Source: a bacterium (GTDB lineage Bacteria; Hinthialibacterota; Hinthialibacteria; Hinthialibacterales; Hinthialibacteraceae). Taken from it: a DNA stretch of 64,000 bases. The translations under genes and the position numbers were made by a program. The notes below the pieces were generated by a model. That model ran no database searches. It was not told the DNA's origin and saw nothing but the letters and a program-made list of their open reading frames with translations. The stretch spans positions 224,001 to 288,000 of the forward strand of contig CAXXMV010000002.1 of assembly GCA_963662285.2 (NCBI GenBank), read 5' to 3'. Below, one piece after another: positions 8,873-18,584 of this stretch (position 1 is its first letter; every line of letters starts with the position of its first letter).

Positions 8873-11800
8873 TCAGGCTTCCTGATGTTCCACTTCAACG
8901 CTTTGCGTCCCAAATAGCGAAAATAGTTTGTATATAATCTGTACTGCATCTTCAAATAGGCTGTAAACAACAGGGATGATAAGTAATGTCAAGATGGTGG
9001 AGGACAACAATCCACCGATAACCGCTATGGCCATCGGGGCCCGGATTTCGGCGCCTTCTCCGAAGCCCATAGCCAGAGGTAAAAGAGCCAGAACCGTAGT
9101 TAATGTTGTCATGAGGATGGGACGCAAACGACGGCATCCGGCCCGGACAATGGCGTCAAACATTTCCTCGCCTTCGTCCCGGCGGAGATAATTAATGTAG
9201 TCGACAAGCACAATTGCGTTGTTGACGACGATGCCGGCCAGCATAATGATGCCAATGTATCCCATCAAATTTAAGGTTTGCCCGGTTAGATAAAAAGCCC
9301 AGATTACGCCCACTGCGGCGAGAGGCAGTGAAAACATGATAACGAATGGATGGAGAAGAGATTCAAATAACGACGCCATAACCATATATACAAGAACCAG
9401 TGCGAGAACCAGTGCGAAGGCGAGTCTTTCAAAAGATTCACGTCTACGCTGCTCTTCTCCACCGAAATTTATATAATAATTGCTTGGTGGTTGAATGTTT
9501 CCAATACTCTCTTGAACCGCTCCAACCGCATCGCTCAGTTTTTGACCTTCAGCCACGTCCGCCAGGACTCGAGCGATACGTTCCTGCTCCCGGTGTAGTA
9601 TTTCCCGTGGTCCGGGTTGAATATCCACATCGACCAGGTTGCCCAGAGTAACGGCTTGGCCATTTCCTGTCGGAATTAGAGTGTTGAGCAGTTCGGGCAG
9701 GTTCATTTCTCCATCACCCAGTTGAACGCGGATGGCTTTAGTTTGATCAACGTCCTGCAGGTTGGTGGCTACCATCCCGCGTAATTGGTTGGAGACAAGT
9801 GTTATTAACTGTTGTTGATCAAGATCGTATTCATTCATAAGAATACGGTCCGGGATAAGGTGCACTTCTGGATTCCCATCGAGGATAGTGGTTCGAATAT
9901 TGGCCAATTCGGCCAAAGTATCCATTTGGGCTTTTACATCTTTAGTAAGGTTGGTTAAGGTTTCTAAACTACGTCCTTTAATTTCAACGACGATAGCGGC
10001 TTTTTCGCCTCCGATTAATGTAGCAAGGGAAGTTTGAGACATAAGAAAGGTCAGTTCCAACTTATGTATTTGCTTTGCTCGCGGCTCTAAATATTCTATT
10101 ACCTGTGGTACGGATAGCGAGGAGCCATTTTTGAGTGAAACGAGCATTTCCGCCGTATGCGAACCTTCAGGTTCTTCATCAATGGCGCCGGTGTCGTTGG
10201 GCTTGGGGCCAATGCGGGTGAAAATATGATCGATGTGCTGTCCCAAATCTTGTGAAAGCCAACCTTCGATGCTTTTCGCGGCTTGTTCTGTTGTTTCCAG
10301 CTTGGAACCGGGCGGCAAGCGTAATTTAACAATGAATTGTGATTCGGCGGCTTGTGGAATAAATTCCTGTTTGATTTCTTGAAGCAAGGGATAAACAGAC
10401 AAACAAGCCAGTGAGATAAATAAACAAGTAATAAAGCGGTGTCGCAACGAGAAGGCTAAAAAGGAAGCGTAGATTCCGCCTTGCGTGTCGGAACGCGCCT
10501 GGGGAACTTTTTTCAAGTAACGGGAGCATAATGCAGGGATCATAATTAATGCAACAACTAATGATGTAAGCAAAGAGAAGACAACGGTTAAGGCTTGTTC
10601 CTTAAATAATTGCGCTGTAACGCCGCCCATATAGGCAATAGGGACGAAAACAACTACGGTAGTAAGGGTTGCGGCGGCGATGGCCGAAGCAACTTCTCCG
10701 GCGCCAATCATGGCGGCATCAGAAGGAGAGTCGCCTAGTTGCCGACGGCGAAAGATGTTTTCGATAACAACAATGGCATTATCCACTAACATGCCTGCCC
10801 CTAAGGCCAGGCCGCCCAAAGTCATGATATTGAGTGAAAGATCCATAAAATACATCAGGTTGAAAGTTGCTAAAATGGATACTGGAATAGCTAAAGCAAC
10901 AATGATGGTTGAGCGGATATTTCTTAAAAAAATCAAAAGAATTAATGATGCTAATCCAATGCCCTGAAAAGCAGTGTTCTTGACCTCTGATATTGAGCGG
11001 TTGATGAACAGCGATTGGTCATAAGCGACTTCCAGAGTTAAATCTTTGGGAATTATGCTGGTTTCCTGTCTTAGTCCAAATCCCCCTGCCATGCCTCTAT
11101 TACTGACAGGCTGGAGTTTATCTTGATCTTTGCCAAGAAAGTCACGGACAGATTTAACGACGTCAACCGTGTTTCCGCCAGCTTCTTTGTATAAAGCGAT
11201 GCCAACGCCGGGATTATTATCCATCCGTACCATATCTACCGGTTCTTCAAAACTCCACTTTGCTTCGCCCACATCGGTAAGATAAATGGGAACGCCGCCG
11301 GAATAACCAACGACGCATTGGGCGACCTGTTCGATATCTTCGATTTCGCCTATAGCCCTGATCATATAGCGCTGATTACCCTCTTCAACATATCCGCCGG
11401 AAGCGCTGACATTGGCTTGATCCAAGGCCTGTGAAATAGCTGGTATGGAAAGACCATAAAAATGGAGCAATTCGGGATCGAGCATACAATGGATTTCGGG
11501 GATTAATCCTCCGGTAACTTCGGCGCGGGCTACTCCCTTAATTCGTTCCAGGGCCGGGCCGATGGTACGTTCGCAGAGATAACGCAATTCTTCTAAATTA
11601 CGTTTTCCATATAATCCCAATGTCATAATGGGTAATGCGTTTGGATCGTAGCGATAAGCCGTTATTTCTTCGATTTCATCAATACGGCTGCCCTGGGTAT
11701 TCTTCTTAACTTCGAGCATGGCGAAGTTCATATCGGTTCCCCAGTTAAAATCGACGATTATGGCGCCTGAATCGGCGCGGGAAACGCTGGATACTTTATC

Positions 11801-12133
11801 GACGCCCGAGATAGTCTTTAATCGTCCTTCTAGAGGCTCAATGACGATTCTTTCTATTTCCTGGGGCGCCAAACCGGGAGCGTCGGCCATTACGGTTATT
11901 CTGGGGGCCCTTAGATCGGGGAATAAGTTGGTCGGTAATTTGCTGAGTGATATCCAACCCAGCATAATAATGCCTACAAAAAACATGCTGACCGTTACAG
12001 GGTATTTTACTGCGAATGCCGCGGCGCCCATTCCTCTACGAAGAAGGCCGCCATCTTCAATAGAACCATCTTGCGGTTGGCCAGCAACTTCTGAAGTTGC
12101 TTGATTTAAATTTTCTTTTTCACGATTATCCAT
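8873..12133 (-). CDS. RND (AcrB/AcrD/AcrF-type) efflux permease
   Basis: YPVTVSM...LPTNLFPDL, GMLVDNAIVVIENI, GIVVNNAIVLVD, RLRPILMTTLTT; 1086 aa. Confidence 0.95.
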   Translation of the reverse strand: MDNREKENLNQATSEVAGQPQDGSIEDGGLLRRGMGAAAFAVKYPVTVSMFFVGIIMLGWISLSKLPTNLFPDLRAPRITVMADAPGLAPQEIERIVIEPLEGRLKTISGVDKVSSVSRADSGAIIVDFNWGTDMNFAMLEVKKNTQGSRIDEIEEITAYRYDPNALPIMTLGLYGKRNLEELRYLCERTIGPALERIKGVARAEVTGGLIPEIHCMLDPELLHFYGLSIPAISQALDQANVSASGGYVEEGNQRYMIRAIGEIEDIEQVAQCVVGYSGGVPIYLTDVGEAKWSFEEPVDMVRMDNNPGVGIALYKEAGGNTVDVVKSVRDFLGKDQDKLQPVSNRGMAGGFGLRQETSIIPKDLTLEVAYDQSLFINRSISEVKNTAFQGIGLASLILLIFLRNIRSTIIVALAIPVSILATFNLMYFMDLSLNIMTLGGLALGAGMLVDNAIVVIENIFRRRQLGDSPSDAAMIGAGEVASAIAAATLTTVVVFVPIAYMGGVTAQLFKEQALTVVFSLLTSLVVALIMIPALCSRYLKKVPQARSDTQGGIYASFLAFSLRHRFITCLFISLACLSVYPLLQEIKQEFIPQAAESQFIVKLRLPPGSKLETTEQAAKSIEGWLSQDLGQHIDHIFTRIGPKPNDTGAIDEEPEGSHTAEMLVSLKNGSSLSVPQVIEYLEPRAKQIHKLELTFLMSQTSLATLIGGEKAAIVVEIKGRSLETLTNLTKDVKAQMDTLAELANIRTTILDGNPEVHLIPDRILMNEYDLDQQQLITLVSNQLRGMVATNLQDVDQTKAIRVQLGDGEMNLPELLNTLIPTGNGQAVTLGNLVDVDIQPGPREILHREQERIARVLADVAEGQKLSDAVGAVQESIGNIQPPSNYYINFGGEEQRRRESFERLAFALVLALVLVYMVMASLFESLLHPFVIMFSLPLAAVGVIWAFYLTGQTLNLMGYIGIIMLAGIVVNNAIVLVDYINYLRRDEGEEMFDAIVRAGCRRLRPILMTTLTTVLALLPLAMGFGEGAEIRAPMAIAVIGGLLSSTILTLLIIPVVYSLFEDAVQIIYKLFSLFGTQSVEVEHQEA

Positions 12134-12196
12134 CAGAGATCCTTCTGTTTAGACTATACAAAATTGAACAAATCCATATCAGGAACACCATTAAAC

Positions 12197-13042
12197 CTAT
12201 GTAAACCACTTGGACGTTTGCCGTAATTGGCGGAAAAGATAATCTAATACAAATCCAGCCAATACCAGAACAAATATTCTGTTAAAAATTATGGAAAATA
12301 AGGGTGAATTTCTTGAAATTACGCCCGGGGGAAGAATCGGATTGGCGAACAGTTCGATAGGGCCGATAGAGCGCAACCAGAAAAAATGGACGCCCAAAAT
12401 AAGCAGTGATACTAATCCGGTAGCAATTCCATGTTTGCAAAAGGTTGATACTAATATTGTTATGGAACCAACAGCAAAAGATGTTGTGGTTAACAGTAGA
12501 ATTATGGTCCATCGCCCTTCGGTATATGCGCTGAAGTAGCTGAAAAACAATATTACCAGAACGCTAAAAATTAGTTGCCAAAGGGTTACTGTAACAAGTT
12601 GAAGAACAATCAATGCGCCGCGACGAATTGGTTGGCTCCAAAGAATTTCCAGTGTTCCATCATCCCTTTCACGGGGTAATATGTTCATGCATAGTAAAAC
12701 CATAACTAGCGAGAAATAGATGTAGCAATAATATAAGAGCTCATGCATATTCTGGCCATGGTTTTGGGTTACTACCCAGCCAAAAAAAGCTAATGCTCCA
12801 ATTAGCGCAAGAAAGGATTCGATGCGTAGAAAAAGCCGGGAAGTAAAAAGAAATAATTTGAACCAATAAGAAATCTCTCTGAAACTCCATTTTACGGCGT
12901 GGAAAAAAGTTGCTATGATCCAATATATATTCTGGCCTAGTACGATAAAGAGTGAAAGAAAACCTTTCCACGCACGTTTAATAAGACCTGGCGGCATGCT
13001 GGCGGAAGCAGGAAGTTTTTCTAAATTATCCAATGAATCCAT
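12197..13042 (-). CDS. ABC-2 type transporter permease
   Basis: About 6 hydrophobic segments and an ERDDGTLEILWSQPI coupling-helix motif; lies directly downstream of the ABC ATPase. Confidence 0.8.
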   Translation of the reverse strand: MDSLDNLEKLPASASMPPGLIKRAWKGFLSLFIVLGQNIYWIIATFFHAVKWSFREISYWFKLFLFTSRLFLRIESFLALIGALAFFGWVVTQNHGQNMHELLYYCYIYFSLVMVLLCMNILPRERDDGTLEILWSQPIRRGALIVLQLVTVTLWQLIFSVLVILFFSYFSAYTEGRWTIILLLTTTSFAVGSITILVSTFCKHGIATGLVSLLILGVHFFWLRSIGPIELFANPILPPGVISRNSPLFSIIFNRIFVLVLAGFVLDYLFRQLRQTSKWFT

Positions 13043-13053
13043 GGTTCATTTCC

Positions 13054-13932
13054 CTATGCAGCTTGTGAATCGGTGTTTAGAAATCGGATATATGCATCTT
13101 CCAGATTAGGCGCCACATTGTGCGCGTTCTCTTTAGGAGGCGTTGGCGAAATAATGCGGAAGCAAATGCCTTTTATGTCTTCACGGATAGAGACCAGATT
13201 CTTACTGCCGGTGAAGGTCTCTACGTCATCTGCATCGCCATAAAATTCCCAGGTTTGTTCATTTGCGGCTCTCACGAATTCAGAAGGAGAGCCATGAAAG
13301 TGGATGCGACCATCCAGCAGCAACGCTAATTTACTGCATGTTTCTTCGATGTCTTTAACAATGTGGGTAGAAAGAATGACAATTCTATTCTGTCCCAATT
13401 CAAACAGTAAATTTCTGAAATGGATGCGTTCTTCAGGGTCAAGTCCTGCGGTTGGCTCATCGACCACGATTAGTTTAGGATCGTTTATCAGAGCTTGAGC
13501 GATGCCGATGCGTCGCAGCATCCCGCCGGAGAAAGTTTTCAGGCGTTTATGAGCTACTTCGGTAAGACGTACAGCAGCCAACAATTCATCGATATTGCGA
13601 CGCAGATTGCGACCATACATGCCGCGTAGACCGCCGAGATAATTGAGGAATTCTCTAGCAGTCAATTCTGGAAAGTAGCCGAAAAATTGTGGTAAATATC
13701 CTAGCAAGGGACGAATTTTACTTGCTTGTTTACGGCTATCGAAACCATCGATTAGAATTGTTCCAGAAGTCGGTTCTAACAGCTGGGTTAAAATTTCCAT
13801 CAAAGTTGTTTTTCCGGCGCCGTTTGGACCCAGCAATCCGAAAAGACCATCTTTTATATGGAGGTCGATTTCCTTCAGGGCTTGATGTCCGTCGGGATAT
13901 ATTTTAGAAAGATCTTTACAAATCACTTCCAT
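13054..13932 (-). CDS. ABC transporter ATP-binding protein (ABC-2/DrrA-like)
   Basis: Walker A GPNGAGKT, Q-loop YLPQ, signature FSGGM, Walker B IVVDEPT, H-loop STH. Confidence 0.95.
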   Translation of the reverse strand: MEVICKDLSKIYPDGHQALKEIDLHIKDGLFGLLGPNGAGKTTLMEILTQLLEPTSGTILIDGFDSRKQASKIRPLLGYLPQFFGYFPELTAREFLNYLGGLRGMYGRNLRRNIDELLAAVRLTEVAHKRLKTFSGGMLRRIGIAQALINDPKLIVVDEPTAGLDPEERIHFRNLLFELGQNRIVILSTHIVKDIEETCSKLALLLDGRIHFHGSPSEFVRAANEQTWEFYGDADDVETFTGSKNLVSIREDIKGICFRIISPTPPKENAHNVAPNLEDAYIRFLNTDSQAA

Positions 13933-13982
13933 AATGGGTGATCTCCGAAATAGGCGCAGAGAAAGCGGTATTACGAAATTTT

Positions 13983-14006
13983 AAAAGCCGCGTTTGAAGA
14001 CGCGGC
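13983..14006 (-). terminator. Intra-operon hairpin with short U tract after the MFP gene
   Basis: Minus strand GCCGCGT-CTTCAA-ACGCGGC followed by TTTT. Confidence 0.5.
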
Positions 14007-14033
14007 GAATATTTATCATAAGCAGCATGGCTA

Positions 14034-15566
14034 TTATTTTGCGTCGGATTCAGTGGTTGTTTTTGTGGAATCATCTCCACTAAGGAATTCCTCATCGCGA
14101 ATAGTGATATTGATGTCAACATCATCGGTTAGCGTTTCATATCCTAATACTACAAGAAGATCGCCTTCTTGCAGACCGTCGATAATTTCAATTTTTTCAC
14201 GATTCTCTATACCGACGGTAACCACTCTCTCCTCGGCAATAAGATCAGGTTCTTCTTTTTTAACTGGTTCTTCCTCTTCATCAAACAGTTCTTCGTCAGT
14301 TGCATCAGAGATATCATCAGTAGCGGCTGCAATTTTAGGGGAAATATCTTCGGCGGCGGATGCTGTTTTTTCAAAACCTTTATTCGAAGCTAAAGGAATT
14401 TTTTCGTTTGAAGGTTGATCATCGTTTGTTTGGGGCAATTGCAATTCTTCGGTTGCGCTTTTAACTTCTTCTTCGATGGGTTTTTCCTTTGCAACAAAGA
14501 CAACCTGGCGGTTGTTGCGTAGAAGCACCAATTCCCGTGGGATGCTTATGGAATCTAATCTCTCTTCGGTAATTATCCTTGCTTTGGCGAACATACCCGG
14601 CCGTAATTCGTGGGCGGGATTATCTACCAGAACATTGACGGTATAGGTTCGGGTGGTTGAGTTGAGCGCGGTGGAGATATCAGCGATTTTGCCGATATAA
14701 ACCATAGCGGATTTGGTATAGACTTCGAGTTCTACCTGTTGTCCAATTTCCACTTCGACAAGATCTTTGGCTGGCACATCAAGCGCCACATAGACCTTGT
14801 CGATATTTGCCAATCGGCAGAGAACGGTGCCTTGAGCAATGGTTTGACCATTAAATAATGTCAAATCAGTCTCTTCGGTGGATCGTTGGGCTATGGAGAC
14901 ATTTTGCCGGGCTGGCAGAAGAACGCCGCTATATGGGATTACAATGGGAACTTTTTCTTGATCCTGCTTGATTCTTTGTAATTCCATTTGTCTGGAACGA
15001 ATCGTTTTCAAGGTAGACTCAAAAGCATTTTTTCTTTGTATTCTGGCAAGAATCGCTTGATCATACTCATATTTGGAGATAGCGCCGCGTTCGAACATCG
15101 CTTGCTTAAATGCTTCATCTTTATAAGCTTGCGCCAAGTTAGCGCTGGCTGGATTGATCTCTGCTTTGGCTGATTCAAGTTGCAATTCAGATATTTCAAT
15201 ATTCCGGTTTAATTCACGCGCATCCATTCTGGCCAGGATTTCGTCTTTTTTAACTTCGTCGCCTTCCAGCCATTTCTGCGTATAGTAAATACGGCCAGAC
15301 ATTTCAGGTTTGATTTCCAGTTCTTTAATAGGGACGACAGTTCCTCTGGCCTGGAGATAGGCAAACATTCTGCCGCGGGTAACGCGTTCTACGGTTACAG
15401 GTATTTTGAATTTGGGTTTTTGAGGTTTACCAAAATTTCCACCGGGTTTTCCTTGTGAAAGTTTACTGCCCTGCCCCGCTTTGTTGGATTTTCCCCCGAA
15501 ATATCCGCAACCAGTGATTAAAGCGATTCCAAGCGTAAGAATTAAAAAACTGCGCACCATTTTCAT
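14034..15566 (-). CDS. RND periplasmic adaptor (membrane fusion protein), lipoprotein
   Basis: Lipobox LITGC, IKPEMSGRI...EGDEVKKDEILA biotinyl-lipoyl motif, helical hairpin, LRPGMFA and IEIIDGLQEGDLLVV motifs. Confidence 0.92.
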   Translation of the reverse strand: MKMVRSFLILTLGIALITGCGYFGGKSNKAGQGSKLSQGKPGGNFGKPQKPKFKIPVTVERVTRGRMFAYLQARGTVVPIKELEIKPEMSGRIYYTQKWLEGDEVKKDEILARMDARELNRNIEISELQLESAKAEINPASANLAQAYKDEAFKQAMFERGAISKYEYDQAILARIQRKNAFESTLKTIRSRQMELQRIKQDQEKVPIVIPYSGVLLPARQNVSIAQRSTEETDLTLFNGQTIAQGTVLCRLANIDKVYVALDVPAKDLVEVEIGQQVELEVYTKSAMVYIGKIADISTALNSTTRTYTVNVLVDNPAHELRPGMFAKARIITEERLDSISIPRELVLLRNNRQVVFVAKEKPIEEEVKSATEELQLPQTNDDQPSNEKIPLASNKGFEKTASAAEDISPKIAAATDDISDATDEELFDEEEEPVKKEEPDLIAEERVVTVGIENREKIEIIDGLQEGDLLVVLGYETLTDDVDINITIRDEEFLSGDDSTKTTTESDAK

Positions 15567-16196
15567 AATGATCGATTCCTGTATTGATTTATTGATTAAT
15601 TAACTTCTTGTAATTATATTGCTTATGATAGTTCAAAGATAATGAAGATTCAGTGTTCCCTACTTAACTTTATTTTTGAATAAACGTTTGACATCTCTTT
15701 TTACTACGCAAATTTACCTATAAAGGTTTAAAAAAAGTTTTACGATAAACGAAATAGAATATTTCAAATAGTACAAAAACGACAAATTCATCGTTCAAAT
15801 TTGACCAATAAATACAAAATCACAATATTATTTATTTATCATATAATTAATAGCCAGTGGCTATCAGTCCGCTTTATCCGCTGGCGGCTTTGTGAGCGGA
15901 ACAAATAGGAGGAATTAATTTAATAAGTATAGGTCTCGTATTTAAGAAGATATGTTCCTTTTAAAATAATTTTATCATAGGAGAATTATCAAGATGAATT
16001 TATTAAAATATGATGGTAATTCTCATATTTATCTGCATAAATCTTTAGACTTGATAACGGCCAAAATATTCTTTTCATCTATAAATCTATTCAATTATTT
16101 TTTTAATCTATTCTATTGTAGCGAGGCGCTGAATATGAGAAACTGGTAATAGGGTTAATTATTCTTGATTATAAAATAAGTCTATTTGTAAAATGA

Positions 16197-17495
16197 TCAA
16201 AATTTAGACCTGATTTTCATAAGTCTTGGGAAGGCTAGTTTTTTCAATCTGTCAGGGATGAGAGTTTCTGCATTATTAAATAATTCTATCGCTAGTTTTT
16301 TGTCGTGTTCCAGGGTAAGAAGGGCGTCTTTGATGATGGGCGCCGCCGGGAAGCCAAAAAACCAGCCGCCATACAACTCAAGGATTTCATCAACAGTTGG
16401 CTGCGGCGACCATGATAACATCGACCAGGCGAAACGGGCAATTTCATCTGTCGAGGATGTTGAATAACCCAAGGCGCCATAAGTCAGTGGGGCGTGATCA
16501 AAAAAACGCCGGGCTAATGTTGTTATAGAATTATTTTTCTCAGAAAGATGATTCATGCTAATTAACTGCATGGTTAATGGCATTTCCCGTTTAATCATTT
16601 CGAATGGGCCGCTACTTGGTCCATAAACAATTGTTTTTACATTGTTGTTATTTGTAGAGCATAATTCATAAAAAATCTCATCTAATTCATCTTCCTGAAA
16701 ACCATCTATTCCTAACCATAATTCAGCTAAATTTGGATTATTAGCAATAGATTTAGTGAATCCAGCGAATTTATCTAAATAAACTTTTGGTGAATGGATA
16801 TCCGCTGGTTTGGATTTGAACCATGAAATAGCTGGATTTTCAGGGAAAGAATAGCCGGTTTTATGGTCTATGCCAATTAATAACGATTGTTGATGTTTTT
16901 TTATCAGGTTTATATCATGTTGAGTTAAACAATCCGCATTAAAACCACAGGTGTTATTGCCCCATAATGCATGGTTGGTAATTAATTCGCTGGGTATATT
17001 ATTCTGATTATCAGGCTCACTATTTGTAAATTTAGAGAAATAACACCCGCGTATCGGGATCAGAGGCTTAAAATTCTGGTTTACTGGATTCAGCTGAAGA
17101 CTATTGTCGCCAAACTGCATGAAGCGCAGTAGTATTCCCACGCCGTTAAACAACGATTTTTCCGAACCGCAAACAATTAAGACCTTAAAAATACCATCAT
17201 CTTGCAGGGTTCTTATATTTATATGTTCTGCATAATCGGGGTAGGGCAGCAATTTAAGGGGTAGTTCGATTTTGCTTTGAGTTTCGTTAAAGAGCGTTTC
17301 TAATGTTTCTATCTGGATTTGGAGCGTGTTGTCATCTTTTCTTGATGACGAATCTCTTTGAATAATTTCGCAGGGACAGTCTATACGTAGGCGGATTTCA
17401 GATTGGAGTAATTGAGCAGCGGTAGTATATTCTGATGGGGCGGCGTCTGGAACGAGGATTTCTATTACGTCATCAGTGGAGTTAAGATTAATCAT
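16197..17495 (-). CDS. Hypothetical protein with GH20/GH67-like N-terminal zincin-fold region (diverged)
   Basis: IVCGSEKSLFNGVGILLR...PLIPIRG resembles the N-terminal domain and first barrel strand of hexosaminidase/glucuronidase-like proteins; no signal peptide. Confidence 0.4.
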   Translation of the reverse strand: MINLNSTDDVIEILVPDAAPSEYTTAAQLLQSEIRLRIDCPCEIIQRDSSSRKDDNTLQIQIETLETLFNETQSKIELPLKLLPYPDYAEHINIRTLQDDGIFKVLIVCGSEKSLFNGVGILLRFMQFGDNSLQLNPVNQNFKPLIPIRGCYFSKFTNSEPDNQNNIPSELITNHALWGNNTCGFNADCLTQHDINLIKKHQQSLLIGIDHKTGYSFPENPAISWFKSKPADIHSPKVYLDKFAGFTKSIANNPNLAELWLGIDGFQEDELDEIFYELCSTNNNNVKTIVYGPSSGPFEMIKREMPLTMQLISMNHLSEKNNSITTLARRFFDHAPLTYGALGYSTSSTDEIARFAWSMLSWSPQPTVDEILELYGGWFFGFPAAPIIKDALLTLEHDKKLAIELFNNAETLIPDRLKKLAFPRLMKIRSKF

Positions 17496-17576
17496 GGTCA
17501 ACTCTTTATGATTCTTTCATGTAATTTAATGCTAGATTACTATATCATTGATGTCATATCAAAAAAGGAAAAGACT

Positions 17577-18584
17577 ATGTTGAAATATATACAATATATT
17601 TATCTTCCAATATTCATGTCAATTATGATCTTGCAAAGCGGCTGCGGGCCGGTTAACCAAAACCCGGAGATTACCTTCAGCCATATTTTAAGCGATCAAT
17701 CTGAATGGCATGCCGGGGCGCTGCGTTGGAAAGAACTGGTTGAACAAAAACTGAGCGATAAGATTAAAATCCGCCTGGTTACAACCGCTGCATTATCAAA
17801 GAATAACCAACGAACCGAGCTGGAGATGGTGCAGGCCGGGACTCTGAGCGGTTCCTGGGAATCAAGCATCCTTTTAACTTTGGTTGATCCGCAATGGACG
17901 GTCTGGTCGCTGCCCTGGTTGTTTGATTCGTATGACGAAGCCGAACGCGTTTGCGAAAGCGAGCTGGGCGAAGAGATGCTTAAGACGCTGGAAAAGAAAG
18001 GCATAGTTGGACTTGGTTACGGGTTTAATGGATTCCGGCGGCTTACCAACTCAAAACGGCCCATTACTTCTGTGGAGGATATGAAAAACCTGAAGATACG
18101 GGTTCCATCTATTCAAATGTATATCTCGCTGTTCCGGCTATGGGGCGCTGATCCCAGCTCGATGAACTTCGGCGACTTGATTGTTGCGCTGCGTGAAGGC
18201 GGGATGGATGGGCAGGAGAATCCTCTTCATGTCATCGAATCGCGGGGACTCTATGAATTGCAGGAACATTTGACCCTATGGGAATATTCGTTTGACCCCA
18301 TAGTTTTTTGTATGAGCAAGCGGGTGTGGGACCGGTTACCGGTGGAGAAGCAAAACATATTACGCGATGCCGCGAAAGAGGCCTGCCGGTATCAGAGGAA
18401 AACAGTTGTCGAAAATGAGAAGGTTCACTTGGAAACCTTGCGGGAAAAGGGTATGAAAATCACAGTTCCCTCCCCCGCTGCAATTAATGAATTTAAGGAT
18501 ATTTCCAAATCTATGTATAGTGAATATGAACAGGTTATCGGGAAAGATATATTGGATCGGTTTGTTGAACAAACTAATCGGTAA
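17577..18584 (+). CDS. dctP: TRAP transporter substrate-binding protein
   Basis: GFRRLTNSKRPI...DMKNLKIRV and DGQENP motifs; lipobox-like LQSGC; ATG 17577 follows AAGGA. Confidence 0.92.
   Translation: MLKYIQYIYLPIFMSIMILQSGCGPVNQNPEITFSHILSDQSEWHAGALRWKELVEQKLSDKIKIRLVTTAALSKNNQRTELEMVQAGTLSGSWESSILLTLVDPQWTVWSLPWLFDSYDEAERVCESELGEEMLKTLEKKGIVGLGYGFNGFRRLTNSKRPITSVEDMKNLKIRVPSIQMYISLFRLWGADPSSMNFGDLIVALREGGMDGQENPLHVIESRGLYELQEHLTLWEYSFDPIVFCMSKRVWDRLPVEKQNILRDAAKEACRYQRKTVVENEKVHLETLREKGMKITVPSPAAINEFKDISKSMYSEYEQVIGKDILDRFVEQTNR

Noticed and set aside
15851-15901. Possible c-di-GMP-I riboswitch on the minus strand (CACAAAGCC...GATAGCC)
   Set aside because: The upstream GNRA-tetraloop stem and P1 pairing are not evident; kept only as an unexplained structured island.
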